Below the pieces are notes generated by a model, which worked only from the letters and a program-made list of their open reading frames with translations, made no database searches and was not told where the DNA came from. This document shows positions 1-12,340 of a stretch of DNA of 44,719 nucleotides, piece by piece (positions within the stretch are counted from its first letter, which is position 1; each line of letters begins with the position of its first letter). The stretch is from positions 1,500,467 to 1,545,185 of the forward strand of contig NW_014577074.1 in the NCBI RefSeq assembly GCF_000485595.1. The letters run 5' to 3'. The position numbers and the translations under genes are program-made. Source of the DNA: Priapulus caudatus (Eukaryota).

Positions 1-181
1 CTTTTGCATACTATTTCTCTACTAGTGTACTATAATTGACTCAGGGGTTTGCTGTGTTCATAATAAATATAGGTTCTTGGTACCAACTGGTAAATGCCGA
101 AGAACAAATGATTTAATTATTGATAAGTTGTAATATTTTAAGCAATAGAAAACCATAAGCAGGAGTAAGCATGAATCTTAC

Positions 182-688
182 TGGACAGCAGGTTTTGGAC
201 ACAGTGGCTGTGGTGCAGGAGCTGTGACCATGGCAGCAGAAGCGCTCTCTAGTATGTTGTCAACATCTTGTTCAATGTTGTTATCCTCTTCGTTTTCTGA
301 AGCGCTGAGCATGACTGCATTACCCGACATGTCTGCAGAGATGTTTGCAACCCGCATTGCTTCCATATGCCTGTAATCGTGTAAATATATGCACATGAGC
401 ATGAATACAGTCAACATGTGTGTTCATTACATACCGCTGGTTGCAATGCAAGCCAGAGCCAAGCTCAATGTTGAGTACACTGTAACACAATCATAACCTC
501 GGATTCATCTAGATATCTTTCTAATCTTATACACAAATCTTAGCTTCTTACAAAGCAATGCCCAGCATTCTCGATGTGAGGATCCAGAAGGTATGGTATT
601 GGATTCACGCCTATTAAAAACTAGTAGCTGTCCGACTAAATTTGAAAAATAACACGACCTTTGCAGCTTTTGCAATAAACTCAGTGTC
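182..688 (-). CDS. Probable internal exons of an unidentified - strand gene (candidates 659-688, 552-610, 435-479, 182-370); reading frame unresolved
   Basis: Short GT-AG intron-like gaps on the - strand (611-658, 480-551, 371-434, plus a donor at 181) separate more coding-like segments, including the ORF piece HMEAMRVANISADMSGNAVML...PQPLCPKPAVQ. No family recognised, and the phases allow more than one frame. Confidence 0.4.
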
Positions 689-2285
689 CTAAATCAAATG
701 GCAATTATTTGATCGACTACAAGTGCAAAATCATAGAAATAATCAAACTATGGCTAATATACAGGGTGTTACATTATTTGGCAATGTGTTTACTTTTACA
801 TCAGGGAAACTGTGGTTAGCTCAGAATTTATTAAGGGAAAAACGTGGTTACAAATCGAGAACTCACAATCACAGTACAGTGATACCCTGCAATATGCAAC
901 AATTAGTGTAACATTAATCCGCAAGTTTGCCAAGCAATTTCGCCCCAAATCGGTTAGGTGACGTCACATGTTGCTACGGGTGTTGAGCAGAGAATATAGT
1001 CGTTTACATTTTAAGATAGTTGTAGTATTGTGAACTGCAGTGTATGTAACATCAATGGCTATTGGGAAAGTAATAATAGGCAGCGTAATAAACTCTGAGA
1101 ATAACGTATTGATTTTAGGCTTGATATCGCAAACGATAATATGTCATTGCGCTAGCAGCGTACGAGCGAAAAACGCACACAGGCCGTAGAAATCTTTGCT
1201 ATACCCGCAGTACGGTTGCTTGGCAGAGCAACGCGAAAGTGTCAACAACATCGGAGAATTTGAACAACATTGGAGGTATTTCCAAATACATTTTATAAGA
1301 CAACACGCAGTGAAATGGGAGGAACTACAGTTTATTTTGTCATAAGGTAGTATGATTATGCATGACACGAAGTCTAGTACTGGAGAAATTAGCGTGTAGA
1401 TGCGCATATTGTGGCTTTAAACTCGGAAAATGAAACAAATCTGCTCTTAGGGAATATGTCACAAGATTGAGTGGGTTATTTTACTCAAAATGGTATGGCT
1501 AATCAGCATAAATGAAATGTATGTAATAAATATGCAACCAACATCCAACATGGGATGCATGTTTTCTTTGATACGTGGAATGTAACGCTATCGCATTTGG
1601 CAGTTTGACCTATATGTGCATTGTAAATGTGTAATATTTAAATGTAGGTGTTCCGGCATTCAGTCCCCCACTGTACCCATTATTATTCCAATAGCAGTTC
1701 ACGATGAACGCAGGTTATAGCTACAGTGAGCTGTACAAAGAGAAGATCAGCAACGAACTTTAGATAAATTTTGTGCATGAAAGTCAGGGCTTGAAACACC
1801 CAAAACTCTGACGATGATAATGTAATGAACGAGCCAGCTGGCAATCCTATCTCTCCACCTCCCATCTAGTTATTTTAATTCTGAACTCTCTTTCTGTCCT
1901 AGTGTTATCCCAATACTGTATTACACCCTTGAATATTTAAATAATTTAATGTTTTAAGAATTTTTGCAGTGTATTTATATCGCCTTCTCTTAGCTGAAAG
2001 ATATTCCATAGGTAATTGTCCACCAATAAGTTAACAGAATTCAGTAGAAGAATGTGATTTTGCCATAACATTATTTTCTGAAAAGCATTACAGAGTATTA
2101 CTGTAACATGGAACGATATTGTACCTGATGGTAGATAGAGAACCTTCCATATACAAATATGGTTAATGTTTTGTGGCCAGATATAGTAACCTTGTTATGT
2201 TTGTTGTCAGAACAGAAACTGCATTCGTAATTTCAACGCATTGCCACGGACTAGCGATGTTTTCATTGGTCAGTGGGGCTGATAG

Positions 2286-2489
2286 GGTCTATGTCTCCCT
2301 GGGTACTGCCGGAACGTACCCTGGTAACTACTGATATGGTCATGGTTAGGGTTAGGGTTAGGGTTAGGGTTAGGGTTAGGGAGTAGGCGTAGAGACTCCC
2401 TAGACTCGTTAGTGGAGTAGGCGAGGTACGGTCCGGCATATTAGATAGTACCAGGGTACGTTCCGGCAGTACCCAGGGAGACATAGACC
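2286..2489. mobile_element. MITE with perfect 41-bp TIRs and internal (TTAGGG)6
   Basis: GGTCTATGTCTCCCTGGGTACTGCCGGAACGTACCCTGGTA (2286-2326) is the exact reverse complement of 2449-2489; TTAGGG x6 at 2346-2381. Confidence 0.85.
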
Positions 2490-2656
2490 ATGGCAGCGTC
2501 AATGGGAACACGACATGCACAATAGAAAACAAACATTACAAGTTTACTATTTTATGTTCTGATGAAGTTTTGCATAATCAGTGCCATTCACATCTTTTAA
2601 TACAGAATAACATTGATAAAAAATATTTCAGAGGCTGATAATGCATGGCAAGTGTT

Positions 2657-2836
2657 GGTACCCTGGTAACAATTTGATATGGTTAGGGTTAGGGTTAAGG
2701 TTAGGGTTAGAATTAGGCTTAGAGTTAGGGAGTAGGCGTAGGCGACTCCCTAGACTCGTTAGTGGAGTAGGCGAGGTACGGTCCAGCATATTAGATAGTA
2801 CCAGGGTTCCGGCAGTACCCTGGGGACATAGACCCT
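2657..2836. mobile_element. Second, 5'-truncated copy of the TTAGGG-bearing MITE
   Basis: Same internal sequence (GAGTAGGCGTA...CTCCCTAGACTCGTTAGTGGAGTAGGCGAGGTACGG) and right TIR (...GGGACATAGACC). Confidence 0.8.
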
Positions 2837-2848
2837 CTCAGCGTTAGC

Positions 2849-2933
2849 CTACTACTACTAGTACTAGTACTACTACTACTACTAGTCTACAGTACAACTA
2901 CAACTACAACTAAAACTAAAAGTACAACTACAA
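2849..2933. repeat. (ACT)n / (ACAACT)n microsatellite
   Basis: Direct reading. Confidence 0.8.
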
Positions 2934-3887
2934 GTTATCAAAGTGATCAACGTTGTTACGGTTGTATCGACTTAATCAACTCGTCGTCACACTCCGTCTT
3001 CAATATAGTCGCTTGGATTTCAAAAACTAATCCTTACGAGATTACGAGGTGGTGCCTGGTGGTAAAACTGCTATTGACTATTGACCCATTGCCATTGGCA
3101 TTGGCATTGTATTGAGTGTGACTTTTCTTGACATGAATCATTGTATTTGTAATGTTATTCACTATTGTAAATCTAAAATAAACTGTGCCAACTTTCACGA
3201 TTTATAAGTTATATTATTAAATAATATACCTCGCTAACAAAATACTGATATCTCCGGCCTATGATAGCAGTTCACTAAACATCACACAACGTTTTAGGGT
3301 AGCATCCTGAATTTTACTTCACAAAATAGGTTTATACTTTAGATTGTATTATCTTCAGCCATCTTAACTAACAGCGCCATCTCCCCGTAAATATTTACAT
3401 TAATCTACATTTTGTTCAAATTATTTTTGTTCACAGTCTGCTAACAGCTACTACTAGTATAATAGCTTAAAATTTCCGTATACATTAAGTTTTACTTATA
3501 TAGATTATATATTTGTATACATGCCATATCTATATATCATATGATATAGGAAACGCGTGCGCACGCACGCTCGCAAGCTCGCACCCACGAACGTTCGCAG
3601 GCATGCGCGCCTGCACACACTCGCGTATAAATATATATATATATATATATATATACAGGTTACAAAGTAAACCAAAATTACAAATAAAGCCAAAATTTAA
3701 AAAGAAAACAAACTAAAATCTTTTAAAATTGATAGCAAATACTTCTCCTCAGGATCAAAATAAATCCTGGCGTTTCTATATTATTTAGATCGATGCATGG
3801 TAATCTAGATAATGTTCTATGCTACGAGCTAATTATAGTCTATCAGTCACGATATATAAATGTATCAGCAATATATGTGTACGTGGG

Positions 3888-3918
3888 CGTGTGTGTGTGT
3901 GCGCGCGCGTGTGTGTGC

Positions 3919-3961
<43 letters not shown>

Positions 3962-3991
3962 TGTAAGTGTGTGTGTGTAGGGGGGGGGGAA

Positions 3992-4044
<53 letters not shown>
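3888..4044. repeat. Compound (GT)n/(GTGC)n/(GC)n/(GA)n microsatellite
   Basis: Direct reading; explains the spurious THAR/VRAC ORFs. Confidence 0.9.
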
Positions 4045-4804
4045 TATTCTCGCAAAATCTCTGGCCGGAGTCAGGGAACGTATCACCGATCTATATAATA
4101 TAAACAGATATTATTATCTAATTATTATATTACCTTTTATAGGGTGCACGTGGAATCTAACTTGTTAAGTTCGCTGGCCGGGAACCGGAACCCAGCGCGG
4201 AACTACGCGTGGCTCGGAACGCGGAAACTTAGCTGGAATAATACTTGACAGTTTTGTCCCCGTTATTGCGCAAACTCACTTGGCCTGAATGAAGATATCT
4301 ATTAGCAGGCACAATCACTCAGGCGAATAGGACGAATTTCTCAAGTACAGATGGTTGTTAGGTGTATGAATGCGTGCTTACAGTGGCAATAATTTGCATA
4401 ATTCTGGCACTTATTCGCGGAGCGAATATGTGGCAAAACGGCTGGCATGTTGCAGTATTGCTTTGGTATGTTCTCAACGAACAGACCCAGATGCAATTCC
4501 ATGTGGCTCTACTGAGTAATTTGTTTTTGATAAGAAATTTTTATGAATTCACCTAACATCAAAGTTAGGTTCAGTTCAGTTAGCTTAGGCCAAATGTTGC
4601 AAGGGCACGCGTTTTGGGCGGAATAAGTGTGAAGTTGTTAATACTTATTGTCAGCAAAGAGTTCCGGCGCGATCGCAAGTTCGGGTGCACCGCCTAACGC
4701 TTTTAAGCATATAATTCAAGATAAATCAGCAACTTGCTGAATGTACATTAATAGCATAACGTTGTATATGCATAAGATGTATAATGTAATATGTATTATG
4801 TTAG

Positions 4805-5095
4805 GTCATATGTATATATGTATATGTATATGTATTATATGTATATGTATATGTATATTGTTGTATATGTATATGTTTATATCAAGACTAATAATACCTT
4901 ATTATTTAGGTATTATTAGGCTCTTTGATTCATATATATGTATATGCATCACGTTATACATATACTGATATGTATATGTATACGTATATGTATATGTATA
5001 CGTATACGTATACGTATACGTATACGTATACGTATACGTATATGTATATGTATAATGTATATGTAATATAGTATATGTATACTGTTATGTATATG

Positions 5096-5142
<47 letters not shown>

Positions 5143-5162
5143 ACTCCTGATATATATATATA
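4805..5162. repeat. (TATATG)n, (TACGTA)n and (TA)n microsatellites
   Basis: Direct reading. Confidence 0.9.
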
Positions 5163-5657
5163 CAGCGCCCGTAGCCAGCTTTATATTGGGGGGTTCGTTT
5201 TCAATGTTGGCATATTTGCTCGCAGGGGCGTGTACAGATTTGTAGCCCAGGGGGGTCTAACCGTAACCCAAAGTTGAGAGCACGCGAAGGGGGGGTCTGA
5301 GGGGCCTCCCGCAGAAATTTTTTAAAATACACCCCCTCAGATGCGTTTTCTGCGCGAGCAAGGGGGGTTCCGGACTCCCGTGCTGGACCCCCCTGTACAC
5401 GCCCCTGGCGGGTCGCGAAGCGACGCAGGCGAGGGAGGCCTAGCGACCGAGCGGGGGGAGGGCTGGGAGGGGGTGTTTCACTGTTCACCCTCCCGCACGA
5501 TGGGAATTTTGGCAATTATTAGCAACAAAAATGGAGCGACCTAGGTAAATTCTTGGCAAATTTACAAAAACAAAAATTTTTTGTTTGGGGGAGGGGGGCT
5601 CTGGAGGAGGGAGGTTCGTTCGAACCCCCCGAAACCCACCCCCTGGCTACGGGCCTG
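5163..5657. mobile_element. hAT-like MITE inserted in (TA)n, containing a nested second hAT-like MITE (5223-5407)
   Basis: Outer ends CAGCGCCCGTAGCCAG / CTGGCTACGGGCCTG; inner ends CAGGGGCGTGTACAG / CTGTACACGCCCCTG. CAG(G) termini with G/C-run subterminal boxes are typical of non-autonomous hAT elements; clean 8-bp TSDs are not evident. Confidence 0.7.
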
Positions 5658-6115
5658 TATATAGGAGTCTATCAATATCTATTGATCATATATCTATAAA
5701 TCAAGGATGAATTCTCGTTATGTTCCCGTTTTCATGCAACATTATCCCGACAGGTGGCGCGGTAGCTGCTCTACTCTGTTTACTGGGGCCTCGGATCTGT
5801 GGAACCGCGTCGTTTTGTATTTTGTATTTGTGTTGTATTATTGAAGTTACCACAATTATCAGGGATACTGGCATGCCTGTGTGATCAACTATTGTAGTCA
5901 GAACAGCCAGCTTCATTAATATTAACGGGAAATACTGCGTAAACTTGAAAAGTGCTAGCGAAAGATCAACCTTTCACGATTGAACGAGGTGCATCAATGT
6001 ATACAGTACAGTGTACATTTTGTTCCCCGTGCACATGTGTTCATCTATTTGGACAGTCGTTGTGCGATTAGAAGAAGGCAACCCTAGAGTCACCGATAAG
6101 ACAAAAGCTGCACAG

Positions 6116-6121
6116 GTGAGC
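6116..6121 (+). promoter_or_regulatory. Candidate splice donor of a non-coding first exon of kindlin
   Basis: Strong donor CACAG|GTGAGC about 2 kb upstream of the putative acceptor at 8169. Inference only. Confidence 0.25.
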
Positions 6122-6267
6122 AATATATGTTCAGTAATGTATGTTTCAGCGTTCTCACAACACAGACTAAACAAGGCTGTAGTTAATAGTAGATTGAAAA
6201 CCCTTTCTGCTGGAACCCGTAGCTCCAAGAAACGTTCTTGCTAGGGTAACGTCAGGGTAAAAAATAC

Positions 6268-6684
6268 CGCTGTGGCTATATGCCCGGCAGCCGGCACCCT
6301 AACCCTAACCCTCCTGTTTACTTGAGGAATCACCGAAAATTAAAACTGTCCGCGGCATTTAGGAAACAGAGTGGCTATAGCTGCCGGCAGGCCGCATTAT
6401 CTGACGGCTGGCCGGGCACGGTCTCGATTGCCCTAAAATGCCGCGGCAGTTTGTAATTTGCTTTAGTGTTAGTCTCAGTAAAACAAGGGTTAGGGTTGGA
6501 TTAGGTTAAGGTAGGGTTCGGTTAGGGTTAGAGTTAGGTTTTGGTTAGGGTTAGGGTTAAGAAGTTAGGGTTAGGAACTGGCCGGCATGTTAGGAAAACG
6601 AAGACGTGGGCCGGCTTGCCGGACATATAGCCACAGCGTTTTAGGAAATCGAAGACCGTGCCCGGCTGCCGGGCATATAGCCAC
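6268..6684. mobile_element. MITE with ~28-bp TIRs and degenerate telomere-like (GGTTAG)n
   Basis: GTGGCTATATGCCCGGCAGCCGG at the left pairs with CCGGCTGCCGGGCATATAGCCAC (~6662-6684) and with a second copy at ~6611-6638; CCCTAA at ~6297-6312 and GGTTAG repeats at ~6487-6575. Confidence 0.75.
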
Positions 6685-6880
6685 TTCGAAAAAATACACG
6701 GGAACAATGAGCGATTCGCTCTTCAAACCTCCGAAATCGCTCGCGCGTGAGGCTCAAGAATAGCTCGCGCGTAAAATTATCTGGACAAGAGCTATTTTTT
6801 CACACACTTGAAAAAGAGCTCTCGTGGAAAAATAGAAATTTTTTCCCTGCTAGGGTTAGAAGACCCTAGTCAGACTTCTG

Positions 6881-7391
6881 TATAGACCATTCTTAATGAT
6901 TATTCATGACTTGGGGTCATCGCACGAAAACGAGGCTTAGCTACGTGCGTGCACCCGCGTGTACGTGCGTGTACCCGCGTGTACATGCGTGTACGTGCGT
7001 GTATCCGCGTGTACGTGCGTGTACCCACGTGTACGTGCGTGTACGTGCGTGTACTCCGTGTACCGCGTGTACGTGCGTGTACCCGCGTGTACGTGCGTGT
7101 ACCCGCGTGTTCGTGCGTGTATCTCAGTGTACCCGCGTGTACGTGCGTGTATCTGCATGTACCTGCATGTACGTGCGTGTACCCGCATGTAAGTGTGTGT
7201 ATCTCCGTGTACCCGCGTGTACGTGCGTGTATCTCCGTGTACCCGCGTGTACGTGCGTGTATCTGCGTGTACGTGCGTGTACCCCCTCTGTGCGTGCCTG
7301 CCTGAGCAGCCATTGTTTACAAAGTTGCTTAGCTTAGCCTCGTTTTCGTGCGTGACCCCAGGTCATGAATAATAATTAAGAATGGTCTATA
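6881..7391. mobile_element. MITE with ~60-bp TIRs (TATAGACC...GGTCTATA) enclosing a 10/20-bp minisatellite
   Basis: 6881-6942 pairs with 7331-7391; the interior 6944-7285 is (GTGTACGTGC GTGTACCCGC)n; 2-bp TA or AT target duplication. Confidence 0.85.
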
Positions 7392-7877
7392 GACAATCAG
7401 TCGCACAGCCTTGTCGGGCTACTGGAACCCGTAGTGTTGATCTGTCATTGTGAATTTAATCAACGCGAGACACCAATTACTTTATTGTATTTTTACTGCC
7501 CTAATATAGTTTGACTATCACGTTAGAAATTGATAGCTTATCTATTTACCACAAATAATATTCTTGATCGTATAATGTGCCCTCATGCACTTTGCCCAAC
7601 AAGATATGTATGACATATGATTTCAAGTGCAAGCAATCAATGAATCGTGAGTAAATTCTGCTTCTAAGACACACGTTGGCGTGCCGCCGCACAGGCCACA
7701 GCGTCATATGTAGCCATTAGCCAACATGGGATGAGATGGTGTCCCTAGTTACACACTACCTATATATACTTTGTTGTGGTCCATATTGCTTCTCAGTAAA
7801 GAGTTCATTCCAGGTGGCCAGCAAGCATGCCAGCAACATCTCGTCAGTTATCTATTTAATTCCATGTTCATATGTCT

Positions 7878-7980
7878 GACCACAGGCCCTTGGAGGCTCA
7901 AGTTTCAAGAAGAGTAAAAGAGCGAAGCGGCTTCGCTCTTTTACTCTTCTTGAAACTTGAGCCTCCAAGGGCCTGTGGTC
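7878..7980. repeat. Perfect palindrome: 51-bp arms with a 1-nt loop (palindromic MITE)
   Basis: GACCACAGG...GAGCGAAGC g GCTTCGCTC...CCTGTGGTC; imperfect extension to ~7863-7995. Confidence 0.9.
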
Positions 7981-8227
7981 TGACCTATGAATATGATTAA
8001 GAAAAATTATCACATTCTGCAATGTATTATGTTTCAGGATGACATCTATTAGACTAGCATAGGCTGGGATCGTATCAAATATACAATAATCACTAGGCAT
8101 GAACATACATGATGCAGAACTGCCTGCATATGTCATTTAACTAATGGGAAATTATATTTCACCCTAAGATCGGGAGGCTGGCAATCGAGGGCTAGTAAAC
8201 ACCTAGCATCAAACAGACGCCGGCAAG

Positions 8228-8366
8228 ATGATGTCCGATGGGATGGTGATCGATGGCAGCTGGCAGCTGACCATCCACATCACAGACCTGGACATTACTC
8301 GGACATTGCGCGTGACCGGTGATGTCCACGTGGGTGGAGTGATGCTGCGACTCGTGGAGGAACTAG
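8228..8366 (+). CDS. FERMT2: Kindlin coding exon 1 (F0 N-terminus)
   Basis: [46 protein letters not shown]; donor AG|GTGAGC at 8367, phase 1. A probable acceptor (ccctaag) ending at 8169 implies an upstream non-coding exon. Confidence 0.93.
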
Positions 8367-11300
8367 GTGAGCCGCTACTTTTTCCCTTGCTGAGATCTTT
8401 TAGTCAGTTTAACCCATAGCGTGATATATACTCTTAAAGTTCTGCAGCTAGTTTCTGCTGGCTAAGGTAAAGGATTAAGCCAATTATGTTTCATTGGCTA
8501 GTGGCACAATATTCTGCCTTATGGGGTTTGGTTGCAATGTTGTTTTGGTCTTCACTTTGGGAATTTACACACAGATTGAGAACCATTGTACACCTTCCAG
8601 TTTCTTTACCAAAGACTAGATTCAATTTTTATTATAATTTTAATTTGAACTTGAGCACGTGTGTCAGTTTGTCACACTCAATAATAATGCTTGCTGACAC
8701 CAGTTGTTCCAATAGAACTCTCACATGGTTAAAATATTCCATGGGAAGTCACAGAATTGCCAGATGACTGAAAGTACCTGTAGTTTCATTGAAAGCAAAA
8801 CAGCTTACGCACCCACCAGACGTAGACAATTTTTTTTATAGTGATAGTCGTGAACTTAATTGCCATTCTGTGTGTGCATTCATCATATATTCTGGTTGTA
8901 AAATTACGTTGTTTCTTATGCATCCTATATTTCCCCTGTACATTCTTCTGCACGTTTAGCAAATTTTCTTGCTGCAGATAAATTCATGAAACTTGGTAAT
9001 AGCTTGAGAGTGTTGCCTTTATGATTTATGCTATACTAACTAATAGCATAACTCTCTTCTATTGCTAAACATATGTCGCATGTGTCAACCCAGAAAAATT
9101 AGGCAATGTTTATTAGAAAACAAGAAAAATAAGTTCGGATTCGTTAAAACGTATATATTAGTAATGTTTGTGTGGAAACTTATATACTAGTATAGAAGTT
9201 GGATGGTGTAATGGTCGTGTTTTCTGTGTAACCATCCAAAATATATTGTTGGTGTAGTTTGGAACTGTGATGTCCTACAAGCTCACACATGTCACACCAC
9301 CGGAACGCGATCAGACAGCTCGCACATGCCGCCTCTTGCTGCCATGTGTTACTACGTACCGATGCTCTACTGATATGCGTTGATGGAAGAGAGCCCAATT
9401 ACTGTTATGAACTAAATTGTGTGTAATCATGTATGACCCCATATAATTGGGGCATCATCTTATAAATGTGTGCCGAGTATGTGGAAGGAGATGTTCGTGT
9501 ATGAGTGCGTCCGTTCCTAATAATGATGATAATCATACCATATTTGAAATATTCATACCATGATAATTATGTATATGTATGCATTCAATAATATCAGGGG
9601 TTAATAATGACAAATTTGTAATTATTAACCCTGATAATATTTTAATTCAATGCCGTTAATATTTGTTGAGTTATCACAATTCTGTTAAACACGATGGCGC
9701 CGTAAACGCTGCAGTCTTCTTCGTTCTCTAGTCTTCCTTCCCTCATTGCATAGTCTGATAGACCGATAGCTACGCATAAAAGTTTATTAGAAATCGCAGC
9801 AGCTGGCAGACTCGTTTTTACACAATTATGATCGAATCCTATTTTTGCTGGTGTTACCATCATTACTGTGCGCACGCGAACAGGCGAAACTTATAACGGC
9901 TTCTTGACCATTTTCTTTGCGATGAACAAGGTAGATTTTACTGCTGCTCGACTCTTTAAGTGGGTTGTAGAGAGTAAGCCCTGCAGAAAATAACAAAATG
10001 GTGGCGCGTGATACATCGTGGTCTCATTTCAACACATCAGCTTATGGATTCTACACCAGCCTACTCGATGTTTGATTCAAGATTGCCTTGCGAGTTAAAC
10101 ATGTTCTTGGCGAATATACCAGTGTATCATATGTGTAAGCTCTATATGGCATGCTGACAGATTTGGTGGTAGATTTTTGCTGAAATGGGGGTCGGTGTAA
10201 AGGCACATGTATGGTTTTCTGAGCATGGTGACTACTAAATAGATGTTGTTTGTCTTGTAGTAATCGCCATTCCTAAGCGGCCTAATAAGACTGGCAGGCT
10301 CTGTATAGCTTCAGTTCCCTATCGTAGCAATGGCTTCACTGTACATTCGCACCCGCACATATACTGTGCCAGTGAACTCACGCGTACGCTGCTTCCCTGA
10401 GATCTAATTTTAGATGCGAAATGCATGTGTATCATCCCAGTGTGTGTGTATCCACTACAACTATGTTTGTCGATGGGTGGGGTACGTGTGTTTTATTGAA
10501 TGGCACGTGCTGGGCTTCAAGCTTATAGCAGAACCGGGTTGGCCCTGGCTTTACAGGAAAAATTTCGTCATGTCATATATGCAGGTTCCTGATGTCGAGT
10601 ACCTAAAATCTAGTGAACCCGGTTTGGATTGTGCTTTTGTAGAGATGTCCTACTGAACATGTGTCAGGCACTTGTAATGGGAACACAGTTACGTCATGCC
10701 ATGCGTCAAGCACTTGCAACTTGATTCTACATCATAATTTGGTTGGACACGATTTGCAGTGCCTCACTGTGAAACTGCCAGTATTCATAAAGTAGCTATT
10801 CTCAAACAGCATATCAACATCAAAACGCATTTTGATGATAACGATTTTTTAAAGCATTGAATTAATTAAAATCCGATTTTGTTTTGTTGAAATTTAGGAT
10901 ATACGCTGTTTTTTAAATGTTCCAATGTCCATTGTTACCTAGGTTGCCTTGCAATCTACCCGGTGCTGTTTGTGCCCAACTGGTGAAGCCCTAGCTGTGC
11001 CGGACCGTCATAGAATGCATTTACCCGTCCAACATGTAGTTTGTCAAGAAATATATATTCTCTTTGCATACCCTGGCGACGTAAATAGCACTAAAACAAA
11101 TTAGGCCGCTGACATTTTGATGTTTGGAGCTGGGATTCAGTAAGGTAAATCGTGCGTGTATGCCCGTGGCTTTAGCCATTCTCATGAGGCTAATGCCGCT
11201 ATAAGCGGAACGTGCGTCATTTAATAAAGGAACATGCTAGGCTGTGATGCTGCACTCATAACTGCGTTGCCAGAGTGGTTTATCTGCACTGCTGGCATTA

Positions 11301-12170
11301 AACATCGACGCATTTACGGAATCGGTTGAACGGCCTTGACCTTGCACTGACATTCCACGTATTGCGTGCTTCGTTTTTCCTCGCGTTTGTAATAATGTAT
11401 AATCCGATAATAGTACGATTTCCCTCTGGTATTATTAGCAGCATAATTGCTTGTGAAGTTTAAATGTTTGATTGCACAAATATTGCACAATTATAATTTA
11501 AATTTGGTGTTTATGCGCTCATTCCCCGTTTCACATCAGCTAATGAAATTTATAATCACGCCGAGCATTCTAATCAAAACACGCACAGCTCTCTTGTGCG
11601 TTGGGTTTCATAAATCATTATAAATACTGGCTCCGTATGAAGCTGGCAAACCATATAGAGACGCGATATTATGAGAATCCTTAGTCTGTAAAACCGTGGT
11701 ATCGAGTCAAGAATAATATCGCAAGTGAAAAAAACTCCTATTAGTAATTGCATATTAATAATTAATTGAATTTTGGTGATAATCGAGAGCGGTGCGTGTG
11801 TGCATGCATGCATGTATGAGAATCCCACTCCATCGAACACGAAATCATCTAACACGCTCACACCGCGTCCAAGTATCACTCGGCTAGCTCACAAATACAA
11901 CCGTCGTGTCCTTTGACGTCGATTGGCGCCACCATTGATCATGATAGCGTCTCAGACGACCGCGGCCAGTTGGAAACACGAAACCGCGTCTCTGACAGAA
12001 AACAATGAATCAGCTACCGTCGTCTTCCACTGACAGCGCGCGTAGTATCGGCGCCGTTACATGTGAGAAAGGAATGTCACAGATATCCCCATATCTGGGA
12101 CGCGTGCGCGTATAGAGTGATATTACACACACATTATACCGAGTATTATTCACACACACACACACACACA

Positions 12171-12250
<80 letters not shown>

Positions 12251-12272
12251 CACGCACGCACACACACACACA

Positions 12273-12340
<68 letters not shown>

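Noticed and set aside
2344..2381. True telomere or chromosome-fusion scar
   Set aside because: Only six units, enclosed by TIRs and repeated in a second element copy.
4142..4691. Possible MITE bounded by GGTGCAC
   Set aside because: The terminal match is too short to support by eye.
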